Source: Lama guanicoe
Taxonomy: Eukaryota
Direction: 5' to 3'
DNA: 64,000 nucleotides
NCBI GenBank assembly: GCA_013239625.1
Contig: MU056000.1
Coordinates: 12,041,175-12,105,174, forward strand
In this document: in pieces, positions 13,781-25,690 of the stretch
How positions within the stretch are numbered: the stretch's first letter is position 1
Layout: every line of letters starts with the position of its first letter
Translations under genes and position numbers: made by a program
The notes under the pieces: generated by a model
Seen by the model: only the letters and a program-made list of their open reading frames with translations
Told to the model about the DNA's origin: nothing
The model's database searches: none

Positions 13781-14411
13781 GTGCTGGCGGCTGTGCTCAC
13801 TCAAGATGGAAGAGTTCACCAAGAGAGAGTCCAGTAACAGAGAGAGCAGGCAGATGTGACAGCCGTAGAGCAAACACAGGAAAACCTTAAACCATCGCGA
13901 ATAATCTCCAGGAGGAGAAACGGGGGAGTTCCCTGTTCAGGCCGCTGACTCTCCTGACCCCGTTCTCAGCAGGGGTCCAGGGACCGAGGCCCCCACACCA
14001 GGGAGAGGGAAGACGATGCAGGCATTCTGCGGGGACGGCAGGCCCAGGGGACAATCACACTAGACCAGAACAGGGGGGTGAGGACTCCACGAGGGATGGC
14101 TCCCGGGGAAAGAGAGACACTGAAATGTGGGCCTGACAGGTTTGACCTTTATTGAAAGGAGCTTTCCAGAAATGCTAGAGTTAAAAAGATCAAATAGAAA
14201 AAAATGCTAAGAGTAACAGCAAAAAAGAGCTGTACAAGAAAGGGACTGTAAACGTGGGACTCTCCTTAGCTCCTGGATGAACGATGCTTACTTCATGACT
14301 GAACCCCAAATTGTGACAGCATTAGAGCAGACAGAGGAGGAGAAGGATGTGTATGTGAATTGGATGGGCAGGAAACAATGATGATTGCTAAATCAAGAAG
14401 CGGCATTTTAA

Positions 14412-14578
14412 AAATTTTTGCAATCATATGTGGCAATGGGTGTTGACTAGATTTACTGGGGTGATCATTCTGCAGTATCTACAGATACCGTCACTCTGTT
14501 GCACACCTGAAACCAATACATGTCAGTTACACCTCAAAAAACTTTAAGAATGTAAATGTAAAATAAATGTAAAAAAAT
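14412..14578 (+). mobile_element. Short older L1 3' end (L1MA/MB-like)
   Basis: GGTGATCATTCTGCAGTAT...CACCTGAAACCAATA...GTCAGTTACACCTCAAAAA with an A-rich tail. Flanked by GGCATTTTAA direct repeats (14402-14411, 14579-14588). Confidence 0.7.
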
Positions 14579-17191
14579 GGCATTTTAAGGATATTATTCA
14601 GAAAAGCTTAAACGGAGCCATAAGCAGAAAGTTTAACAACAGCCGCCCTGAGAAACAGGACTGGAAAGCGGGGAGACATGGGGTAAGAGACTGCTGTGTT
14701 TTCATTAGAAGTCTGGCAGAATTCATTGATCTAAGAGAGAGAGAAGAGAAAGGTGATGTTTTATTTTCATGTATAGTGTTCTCCACATTATGTACTATAC
14801 ATTCTGCAGTCGTAGCTTCATTTTTTTCTTTGACCAAAGTGGTATGCAGCAAAGTTTTCGTAAGTTCTAAGAATGAGGAAAACAAACAGGCAGAAAAGTA
14901 AAATATCTTCAAATCGTACAAGGCGCCATGAAAGATACAGGCAGATATGAAACTGAAATTAACGCACAGGACCCACCGAGGGCGGATGGGGGGGCGACCC
15001 CACTAAGGACGTGCCTGTGAGACTGACGGCAGCAAAGGGGCCTTGGAGGAGACGATGAGAAGAGACAGAGCCTGGAGGTGGAAGGAGGGGCCTCAGAGGC
15101 CAGAAAAAGCTGCAAACAGGGCTGGATGGCTTTAGCGACGAGCCAGAAGAGGGGCAGGACGGTCTGGGCTCTCCTGACACCCTCCTGTGCGCCTTCCATA
15201 AAGATACCACCATCTGTGCCAGCCCAACAGCCCAACCCCACCCAGGGAAGGGCAGAAGTGCTCCTTCAAGACGAGATGTCATTTTCCCAGATGCTAAATT
15301 CACCCAGGCTCACATCCAAACTACACATCTTTCAGGTACATACTGTTCTACACCAGCAAGTTGGCAGCCAGCAGAATGGGCAAGAGTCCACATGGCATTT
15401 TAACTGAAGAGAAAGAACCATCCCATGTCAAAAGGGCCAACACAAAGGCAATTGAACTATGATGAAGTGGGACCGCTTGACAACTCGGAGAAACGCACAC
15501 CCGGCTTTGGTCACTAATGCCTACAACGGGAAACATCGGCGGCAGGGCAGAGCTGTGGCTGGGGTCGAAATCTGACTTGTAAAAATAAACTTCTTTTCAC
15601 AATAAAAGAAAATATAATCACTATTTTTTTTATTTGAATATATTATATATATTATATATTAAATTCAATAAAACAAAGCAGCTCTATCCAGCTATGTGGG
15701 AGGCAGCACATGTTTTAATTTGAGAAGTAAATTAACTTTGTCCTCCAGAAGACCGAGGGGCTAAGTCCTATAAAATCACGCTCTCATTCTATGGTGCAAC
15801 CTCCCTCTGCAGGCCAGTCTAGTTTCCTGGGGGAAGGACATACAGAGGCCTGGCCCAGCTCTGCCACAATCTGTGATTTGGGGGCAAGTGACTCAATCAC
15901 CCTGAGCCTCAATAGCCCCCTTTGCACAATGGGTGTGTGAGAACCACATGATAACTCCCTCGAGTGCCCAGCAAAGCAGGAGCCCAATACACGGTCATTG
16001 TTAAAACAGCAGTCACTGCAGGAATCACGAAATGCAATCACAGGAAGTGTGCCCCAAAATTTGTCAAAAGAGGATTGGCCTGTTATATTCGACAGCCAAT
16101 GCAGTTTATCCAGAAACCCAGGGGGCCCACATGGCCACAGCGTGGGTGAGCTCTGTGTCATCTGAGTGTCTCTCTCCAGTAGAAGGTTCAGCCCACGTTT
16201 GGCAAGGACGGAGGTCCTTGCCCCGTGGATTCCCGCTCTTTCTCTGGTTCTAAGATGCCATCCGGAGCACGCAAGTGGCCCCACCTCACTTAACCTGTTT
16301 TCACTTAGAGAGGGCTGCCTTCATCCCTGAGACAAAAATACTTCCTTCCCAAATAAACTGAAAGCAGCAGAGAACAAAGAACCCTGGAAACACCTACGAG
16401 CTGTATGCTTCCAAAAGCATGTCTGTAATGACATGTGGAAACATGGACACATGTGATCTCGCTTCTTTAGCAAATGGGAAACTTCCCCCAAAATATTTAC
16501 TGTTAAACTCATACAGTTTGGGGAGGGGGGCAGACCACAGTACTAAATGTGATACTATTCCATAAAAATATGCACCTTGAAAAATAATTGGTCTATGAAG
16601 ACAAAGCTATAAGCATGGGACCCTGACACAGATGTATTTACTGAAGAAATAGCCAAACATAAACCCAAGAACACAACATAACAGAGCGTTTTCCCCCAGA
16701 CATTTGTGATTTCCTGACCCTCTTCCCCAAGAAAGCAACAGCCTGCCTCGTCCTCCCAAGGCCTCCCCAGTCTCAGGAGATCATCCTCCCCCTTCTAAGG
16801 GAAATTCACCGCCATGGGCAGGTGACTCCTGGCCACTTGCCCTCCAGGCACGCCCACCTTTCTCCCTAGCCCTCAGGTGTCAGAGGAGCCCAGCCTCCCA
16901 GGACCCACCCAGGCATCTGCACGGTGGGGTTGGGGTGCAGAGAACGGCCTGGGATTGTACAGAAGGAGCGCACATAGAAACAACCAAAACACAGCTTCTG
17001 ACATTCAAAATCGGCCAGGTATTTCCTAAACTGCTTGAACTCCCACTGGCCAAGTCAGGAGCTGGCCTGAAGACCAAGTCCCAGAGGCGCCCAGGAGGAC
17101 AGGGTGGGGAGTCTGGTCCTCCATGGAGCCTGAGTTATGCTGCTGTAGCGGAAGGAGGCAGTGATGGGCTGGAAGGAAGGGATCATCCCTC

Positions 17192-17334
17192 TTTTGTTTT
17201 GGTTTGGTTTTTGGTGGGGGTGGGGTAGGAAGGTAATTGGGTTATTTATTTTTTGTTTAATGGAGGGACTGAGGATTGAACCCAGGACCTTGTGATTGCT
17301 AAGCACGCACTCTACCACTGAGCTATAACCTCCC
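17192..17334 (-). mobile_element. tRNA-Ala-derived SINE (camelid vic-1 type)
   Basis: Minus strand reads GGGAGGTTATAGCTCAGTGGTAGAGTGCGTGCTTAGCAATCACAAGGTCCTGGGTTCAATCCTCAG, then the shared tail AATAAATAACCCAATTACC and an A-rich end. Confidence 0.85.
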
Positions 17335-17869
17335 TACCGCAGAGAACCCCCTTCTGGAGTGGCTGGGAAAGCCAGCCCTGCAGACACCGCTCTCACAAAG
17401 GCCAGGAAGGAGCATTTGCTGGTCGTGTCTGCGCTTGGCCCTCGGGAACACCGCCCTCTGGGACTCGCCATGCTCTGACTCTCCTGCCAAAGGTGCTCTT
17501 GGTTACCCACCTTGGTAATGTCAGTTCCCTGAACACCCTCCCTAGGCTCTGCTCTCACAGGACCCAGCAAGGCTCCCTCGGGAACTTCATCACCCCAAAG
17601 CCTGCATCTCCAACACACCCAAATCCGCGCTTCACTCCAACCCATCCCCTGAGCCTCAGCCCATATACCCAACCCTTCAGAGACTTACAACCTAAGCTGA
17701 CGGCCCATGGGTTCAGCATACCCCCCCCGCCAAAATTGCCATATCACTCTCCTCCCCCACTGCCCCAACCTGCTGTAACCCCAGTGGCCCTCATATTGGT
17801 TAATACCAGACACCTGTCATTCACTCTCGGAGGCTGAGTCATTCCCCCACCTCTCCCTCTCCTCCCACC

Positions 17870-18520
17870 CAAGAAATTACTCAATCCTCAATTTTACCTC
17901 CACAGTCTCCCCACCCCAATGCTTCTCCTCACCACCACGTGCTCCTGCAAAGGCGTCCTGCTCTGTCTCTGGCCCCAAGCTCTTGCTCCCCTAATCCATC
18001 CAGGGGGCCGAGGGAAAGCCAATAAGCAGAATTTGGCACACTCGCTGCATGGAGTTCTAAGCTAAAACTAATGGTGTTTCCCCCTTGCTCACCCAGCCCC
18101 TGCCACACTGGACTCCATGCTGTTCTGCAAACACCCCAAGCCCACTCACCCCAGGGCCTTTGCACATCCTGTTCCCTCTGCCTAGAACATTCCACATCGG
18201 AGGTAGCTGCTTGGATCATCCCCTAACTTATTCTTTAGGCATCAGCTCATAGTCAGTCCTTTGAGAGGCCAATACTGACCACCCCGAAAAACAGCACCTC
18301 CTTGCCTCTCCCTGTCTCTTGCCCCTGCCTGAGTCTTCTCCACAGCACCCAGCTTCTCCTAGCATGTGTACGTGTTTGTTGTCTTTGTTTCACCACTCCC
18401 ACCATGAGAATATAACCTCCATGAGAAAGGGATCTTACTCTTTCTTGTCCATCATTACATCTTTAGCACCAAGAACAGTGTTGGCCACGCAGTAGACAAT
18501 AAATATTTGTTGAATTTTTG
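17870..18520 (+). mobile_element. L2 remnant
   Basis: CAGGGCCTTTGCACATCCTGTTCCCTCTGCCTAGAA, CTCCATGAGAAAGGGA and terminal CAATAAATATTTGTTGAAT are L2-like; boundaries approximate. Confidence 0.7.
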
Positions 18521-18562
18521 AATGGAGGTCTTGGAAGAAAGGGACTAACATAACGGCACTTA

Positions 18563-19049
18563 CTTTCTTTTGAATTGAAGTACAGTCAGTTTACAATGTG
18601 TTAATTTCTGGTGGACAGCACAGTGACTCATGCACTCATTCATTTATATATATATATGTATTCCTTTTCATATTCTTTTTTATTATAGGTTATTACATGG
18701 TATTAAATATAGTTCCCTGTGCTATACAGTAGGACCTTGTTGTTTATCTGCTTTATATATAGTAGTGTGTACTTACAAACCCAGAACTGCCAATTTATCT
18801 CTCCCCACCCCTTCTCCCCCTGGTAACCATAAGTTTGTTTTCTATGTCTGTGAGTCTGTCTCTGTCTTGTAAATAAGTTCATTTATGTTCTCCTTCTTTT
18901 AGATTCCACATGTAAGTGATATCGTATGGTATTTTTCCTTCTCTCTCTGGCTTCCTTCATGTAGTACGACAACCTCCAGGTCCATCCATGTTGTTGTAAA
19001 TTCTCAACAAAATATTAGCAAACAGAATCCAACAACACATTAAAAAGAT
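18563..19049 (-). mobile_element. 5'-truncated, 5'-inverted LINE-1
   Basis: Minus-strand L1 3' end (18563-~19000) joined to a plus-strand ORF2 RT-domain piece encoding ILNKILANRIQQHIKK (~18998-19049). TSD GGCACTTA at 18555-18562 and 19050-19057. Confidence 0.85.
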
Positions 19050-20817
19050 GGCACTTATATAAGGGTAATAAAGACTGCTTATTTGATACAGTCCAAATTC
19101 CTTAGCACAGTCCAATAGTAAATTCTTCAGAAATTGGCCCCAAAGTTTCTTTCCAACCTCACTTGTGGCTACTCCTTCCTGCACATAAAACCCCCTGCCC
19201 CACCCCTCCCATCTCATCCTGCCCCTCCCCCTCTATTTCTCCATCTATATAAATGAATATTTATGAGCACTACTGTGTACTCTGTTCAAGTTTCCATGAG
19301 TTAGCTGTGCACCTAGCACATAATAGCTACTCAACACATATTAGTTCTTTTCCTCTTTTTACATACTGATCATCCTGCCTTTCCCCAATCTCTATATCCC
19401 TGTTTCCTGCCTGAGGAAATCCTATTGGTTCATCCTGGCCCATCTGTGATAATTTAGTGCTCACAGCATAACCTTAGAATTATTTGCTTACTACTCTGTC
19501 CCTCTCACCAGGGATCAGAATGTGTCTTAGTCATCGCTGTATTCCCAGCAGCTAGTAATGATACACCTCATTTATTTGTACTCATTTGGATCAATCAGGC
19601 AGCTTAAAAACATTCATGCACAACAGGATAAAAAGGAAAAAAATAAGGGTAGCAAAGAGACTTTAAGGAAAAGTTATTACTCAAATAATGTGGCCATAAA
19701 ATCGTGCAAAATCACTGAAGTTGAGCTTTGTGGTTATCACACTAGAGAAGAAAACCTGATGGGTTTCTAGAATAAGCATTAATCTGGTAAAAACTGCCCT
19801 GTTTCTTAGGTCTTCAACCAGCAGTTCCTGGCGCTAAGGGATAGAGAACAGCCTTCCGTGGGGACTCGTGAAAGATTTCCTGTGTCTCAGAATAAACACG
19901 AGGCCACCACGCAAGAAATGTTTGCTGAGTATAAACATTGCCCACAACTATTTTGAATGAACTGAAGCCTTTCTATTTTGCAAGATCTTTCTAAACCAGC
20001 CCTACCCAACCCAGGCGAGGGGAGTAGCCTCTAGTCCAGCCCAGTTCACAAAACCTTTTCTGAGCATCTGCAGTGTTTCAGCTTCCACGCTGGTTCCAGG
20101 CATCCAAGAATAATCATCCATAGTCCCCACTCCTCGTTCCCACTCAGCATGAGGCAGGCGAGTCTCCCCAAGCTGACCACACCCAGTGCTCATCCCCCAT
20201 TTTCTTGGGTTTGTCTTATATGGGAAGCCCTCACTGCTAACCTTGCTTTTACAGCCACACCTTCTCTTTCAGGCCTATTCAATACGTTGCACAGAGCTTT
20301 CACCAACTATTCCCAACCCCCTGACATCCACTATTCCTAACCTGCGAAGCCCTGCAGAATGCGGCACACAACTTGGAAGTCCGGTGTGTTGTTTGAATCA
20401 GTTCACTGAACCAGCCACGTCTCCCAAAGCAGAGCGTAAGGTCTCAGAGACAAGCACAGACCTGGGACTTCTGGTCTACCAGCTGGGCCCAGCACCACAT
20501 AGACCTGGAGCAGACACTCAGCCACGGCTCCTGACGCCCAGATGGAGCTGAGATTGGGTGGGGTACGTGAGCTGAACAGGCTAACAGACTGCAAAAGACC
20601 CCTCTCAACTCGGAAGCAGCCCTCTCCCACCATCATTATTTTCTGGTGAAATCATTAAGTGAGATTCTGTAATACTGGAAAATGTAAGCCCTAATTGTTG
20701 GTTCCCACATCTGTCTTCTATTATTAGAATGATCAAGTTTAAAAAAAAAGATAAAGAAAGAAACACTGAATTTGGGGAAAGAGGATGTGGCTCACGGCCC
20801 AGGCCTGTGACCCGGGT

Positions 20818-21022
20818 CAGCACTGTGCTATCAAATACAGTAGCCACTAACTACATGTAGCTATTTAAACTGAAGTTTAAATTCAATAAAATTAAAAATA
20901 CAGTTCCTGAGTCACACTAGCCGCACCTCATAAGCTCAAGAGCCACGACAGGCTAGTTGTTATCACACCAGACAGCACACACGCGCAGTGTTTCCGTCAC
21001 TGCAAACATCCTATTGAACAGG
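20818..21022. mobile_element. hAT-Charlie MITE (MER3-like)
   Basis: GTAGCCACTAACTACATGTAGCTATTTAAA...CAGTTCCTGAGTCACACTAGCC...CTATTGAACAG matches the recalled MER3 consensus. Confidence 0.65.
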
Positions 21023-21659
21023 TCAGAGGCATCTTTGATAATTCATTTAACTTCTATGGGACTGTTTCCTCTTATGTTCAAAGGGAACACCTGCCTCACT
21101 GGTAGCTGTAAGATTTAAATGAGGTGCCGAATGCCAACATCCTTAATAATTTTAGTAGTTACAGTTTGACTAAACCTGCATATACAGTTATATGCCCAGG
21201 TATAGTTTAATGAAGGTAGCAATCATTAACAGTAATGGCTGTCAAAGGAGTTACTATCAAGAATACAGAAATTCTACGTCAGGCCATGTGAATAGAAGGA
21301 TGCAGTCCAGGACAACGGGGCAAACATACTCTGGTCAGACCATCTCATAAGGCTGCATTCAAGGAGGAATAAAGATAAACTGAAGCATGTCCAGAAGAGT
21401 TCAGAAAACGGTGAGTGGAGGGAGCCCAGAACTTCTCGGCCGGGGACAAGAAGACTCAGTAAAAATGGAAACAGAACGAATCTTGAAACAGACAAAGGAT
21501 CATCCTAGGGAGGGAGCCCGGATCTCTGGCAGCTGCACAGACAACCAAGAGGTGGCCTTAAGTCAGTGCAAGGAAAATATTCACTAGTCAGAGTTGCCCA
21601 GCAATGAGAAGGCTGCCTTTTGGAGAGGAGAGCTCGTGATCACAGAAAGTGCTCAAACG

Positions 21660-21800
21660 CAGTGGTTCTCAAACTTGAGTCACCTGGGGAGTTGGAGAAA
21701 ATTCAGATACTGCGCCCGCACCTCCAGGGATTCTTGTAGGTGGAGGGGGGAGGGGGGAGCCCACCAACAAGCACCCAGGTGCTGGCCGTGATGAGACCGC
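21660..21800. mobile_element. MER5-like hAT remnant
   Basis: Begins CAGTGGTTCTCAAACTT...TCACCTGGGGAG, the MER5 terminal motif. Confidence 0.55.
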
Positions 21801-22519
21801 GCTTTGCGGGGCACTGCGCTAACACAAGCTGGCCAAACCCATCAGCGATGCAGAGAAGGAGCTCTTGACACCAAGCGGGAGCTGGACCCTGCAACCCACT
21901 CTAGAGGACAGGGCTCCAAGGACCCCCAGTGGGTCCAGGGCATTCCAGACTGCGTGAATGCCCAGCCTGGGACACAGCGAAAGCCACAAAGCCCAAGGTC
22001 TCCCGCCAGGCAGGCCCCTGTGTCACCATCTCGGGCGAATCACTTCCTGGCAGTTGAACTCTTTACACGAATGGAAAGAAGGCAGTGTCCTCATGCAGTG
22101 CCAGGTGCTCCGAGGAGAAAGACCTGCTCTCCGACTGTGGGTTCAAAACTAAAGCACATCAGAGCAGCCACAAAGGCCGCAGGGCAGGGTGCCCCAGGAG
22201 GAAGGCGGCGGCGTGCAGCATTCAGCTTCAGTACTGTGACCAGCAAGGAGACTAAGAGGGACATTCTCGTCCAGGCCCTCGTCTCCAAGGCTACTGCCAC
22301 GTGGCCATACAAAGCACGGCCAGAGCCGGCCACCCTGCTCACCAAAACCAGACACCACACACTAAGACTTCTGCCTGAATTTTTGCAGTAGCTTCATTTA
22401 TCATGGCCAACCCTGAAAACAACCCGAAAAAAACAACTGTAAACGAGTAAACCAATTGTGGTTGATCCCCAGAGTAGTGGACCAGTCAACAACAAAGAGA
22501 AACAAAGAACCGATGTGCC

Positions 22520-23040
22520 CAGCGGGGGTGAGTCCCAAAGCCTTACGCTGGGAAAGCAGAGCCAGGCACAGAAGACACCATGTTGTACAGTCTCACTAAT
22601 ATGAGACTTTAAGGAAGACAAATCTAATCTATAGTGACGGGAAACACATCAAACCCGGGGCGGGGCGGGGGGGTGCTGACAGGAAAGGGGCTCAAAGAAA
22701 TCTCTAGGAGTGATGGAATGTTCTAGATCTTGACTGTCTTTGTGGTTACATGGGTGTTTGCACTTGACTGCTCACTCAGAGTGTGTGCATATTATTGACT
22801 GCAAGGAGTTAGTTCTTTAAAAACAAAAGCAAATGGGCATTTTCTTTTTCATTGGGTTCGTTCTATTTGATGATGTGCTTAGAACTGGTGTCACCGGTTG
22901 CGTCTGGGAGGAAGTGGGCAGCCAGGGACAGGCGTGGGGCAGAGACCTCCGAACTGTTTTCCTCTTTATACTTTTAAACTTTTGAACTGTGACTTGGTAT
23001 CAGCCATTTGTTTTAAGTAAATAAAATTCAAAATTAAGAA
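22520..23040 (+). mobile_element. Old L1M (L1MB-ME-like) 3' UTR fragments
   Basis: AAATCTAATCTATAGTGAC, GTGATGGAATGTTCTAGATCTTGA, GGTTACATGGGTGT and GGTTGCGTCTGGGAGG are typical of old L1M 3' ends. Confidence 0.55.
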
Positions 23041-23391
23041 AAACAATTCCAAACATGTCCCTTATTGGTAAAAGGAGAGAGACCCAACCCTGAGACTACC
23101 AGACTGCTGCCCAAATCTACTCCAGGCTGTGGAAACCCTGCTTCTTGAGAAAGGCGCTCCATGGTCTGTATTTTATCAAACTCCTCTGGGCTCTGAGTGA
23201 ACACCGTTTTTTAAAGTATTATTATTTTAGTATTTTTCGTAAAATATATCCAAGAATGTACACACATACATAGTTTTTAAATAATTATAACTTGAACACC
23301 ACATAACCACCACCACCCAAGTCAAAAAACAGAACACTGAACACCAGAACCTTCCACATGCCCTCTGTGATCTTCTCACTATTCACAGAGA

Positions 23392-23508
23392 TTTTTCTTT
23401 TTTTTTAAACTGGGGCTCAATATTCATTTATAACTTTTCTTGAATCTTTTTTTCTGTATACATATATATTTTTTATTGAAGTATAGTCAGTTTACAATGT
23501 TGTGTCAA
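23392..23508 (-). mobile_element. Very short L1 3' end with two A-tracts (possible 3' transduction), inside an older minus-strand L1M
   Basis: TTTTATTGAAGTATAGTCAGTTTACAATGTTGTGTCAA is the reverse complement of the L1 terminus at ~12280-12320. Confidence 0.7.
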
Positions 23509-24929
23509 AGGATAACCACTCTCTTGATTTTACAGATAAGAGTGTCTTTCTTATCTCCTGTCTACATATCCCTAATTAATACTGTTTAGTTTTGTACATT
23601 TAAAAACCTTCAAAAATCCAAATCATTCCACATATGTTATTATGTGCTTTCTCTGCCCCAAATTACATTTGTAAAATTCATCTGTGCTGTTGCGTACAGC
23701 TGTAGTTTAGTTGCATTGTTATATGTTACTTTTTGATGGGGAACAAATGTACCACAATTTACTTGTCTATTAAAATATTCATGGATGTTTTTACAAAACA
23801 TTTTTGGGTCCCACTGCCTATAGAAAAAACAGGTCCAAATACAAAGCATAACATTCGAGGCAACCACTGCCCCCAGACGTCCTCCAGAACACCCACCACT
23901 CTCATCTCCCCGACTTCCTGCCTCCAACTCACGCGGCATTGCATCAGTTAAATACATTGGATGAAATATGAAGTACAATTTCCTTAGGACTGGAATGCTG
24001 CTGACCATATACTAGATCTACCCGGATCATTCCTGTCCATCAAATCTGATTCAAGCGTGATCTCCCCATGAAGACCCCACAGTCTCTTCAATCCACGATG
24101 CCACCCCTCCCCCCAAAACTGCAGCAAAACGAATGATTTTTTTCTCTGATTTCTATCACACTTGCTCCATTCAGCCTCGAGTTATACCCATTTATCACAG
24201 CCATGTCTCAGGTTTTGCCCTTTCAGTGCACAGCACTAAAATCCTGCAGGTAATGGGCAGGTAATAAATGTTGGAGCTTTTGAACTCAAACTCAAAATCC
24301 TGAAAACATCTGCTGGTACCAGGTACTAAATCAAGCAAAAATGGGCATTTGAAAAGTTAATTTCCACAAAAATGAAATAACATCGAGGAAAGTGCAACCG
24401 TCGTCACTACTGCTTACAAGATTTGGGCTCCTCGTGTTTCTAACATTGATCTTTTTGTTTTTCTCATAAACATTACAGAGCTTAAGAGTTCCTGGGACAC
24501 AAAATGTTAAGAGTGTCACATAATTTAAGATCGCTTGATAAGAAGTACCCTATTTAGAGAAAAAAGTCCTTGAAAAGCATTTTAACCTCAGAAGCAACAA
24601 TGGGGAGAAACTATAACATTTTCGTGAAATTAATAAATAGGTCAGAAATTTCAATTAACAAGTACTTCAAATTTAAAAAGCAGGACTATTATTTTTCTGT
24701 CAAAGAAAATACATGCATGGAATGTAGATCCTCCAAACAAGAGAAGAAATAAAACAGATTGGATTGAATGCCTGGCCATTGTTCACCTCCCCATCAGACT
24801 TATCTACAAAAATGAATGGAAGACTTCACTCCCAAATAATATCAAATATGCCTTTCGATTATTTTATTTAAAAATCTTCCTTTTCAACAGATATTGTAAA
24901 GAATACATCACATAAAAAATGCTTGCAAC

Positions 24930-25690
24930 TCATATTACAGAAATGAGGCTAAAGTTCTTAATATGAAAAGAGCTCCTACAAATCAATAGGAAAAAGTCCA
25001 ATAACTCAACTAAAAATACGGACCGAAGTTGTTTGTAAACTGACAATGCAAAGAAAAAGAAAAGGTAATTATGATGGCTCTTGAACATAAGGAAAAATGC
25101 TCAATCTCAGAGAAATGCAAATTAAAACCATACTGTGATACCTTTTTCACCTATCAGATTTGCAAATTAAAAAGTTTGATAAAGATGCTGTTGGCAAGGA
25201 TATACAGAGAAACAGGCAGAGACTTAGAAGTGCACATCCTCTCTGACCCAACAATTCCACTTCTGGGAATTCATCCTACAGAATACTTGTTCATATGCAA
25301 AATAATGCACGTTCTGGCCATTAGCTATAACACTGTAACAGCCAAAGTTGGGAAATAAACATAGTCCATCAGTAGAAGACAGGTTAATTGGTGACATCCA
25401 TACAATGGAATTCTATGCAGCTGAAAAAGAACAAGGAAGTGCTCCCAAACTACACTACGAAGAAAAACAATCCTTAGAGTATTCCACAATCTGCACAGAA
25501 TAGTGTGTATTTGCTCAAATAAGTACTATCTGGAAAGATACACAAGAGACTGGTAACACTGGTTGCTTTCTGGGAGGAAATTGAGACAGGCCTGGGAAAG
25601 AGATCTAGAAAGTGTTTATCCTTCTGCACCTTTAAACGTTTGAACTGTGAGGCTGCTATTTTTAGTAAGTAAAATTTAAAATTAAGAGAA
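24930..25690 (+). mobile_element. Old L1ME-like element (degenerate ORF2 end and 3' UTR)
   Basis: GAGCTCCTACAAATCAATAGGAAAAAG, AGAAATGCAAATTAAAACC, GACCCAACAATTCCACTTCTGGGAATT and CATCCATACAATGGAATTCTATGCAGC. Confidence 0.75.

Noticed and set aside
15622..15675. AT-rich quasi-palindrome (TTGAAT...ATTCAA around a TA-rich core)
   Set aside because: Low-complexity TA sequence is self-complementary by composition; no further support.
21804..22391. 195-aa plus-strand ORF
   Set aside because: Non-ATG start, begins beside a MER5-like remnant, and no recognisable homology.
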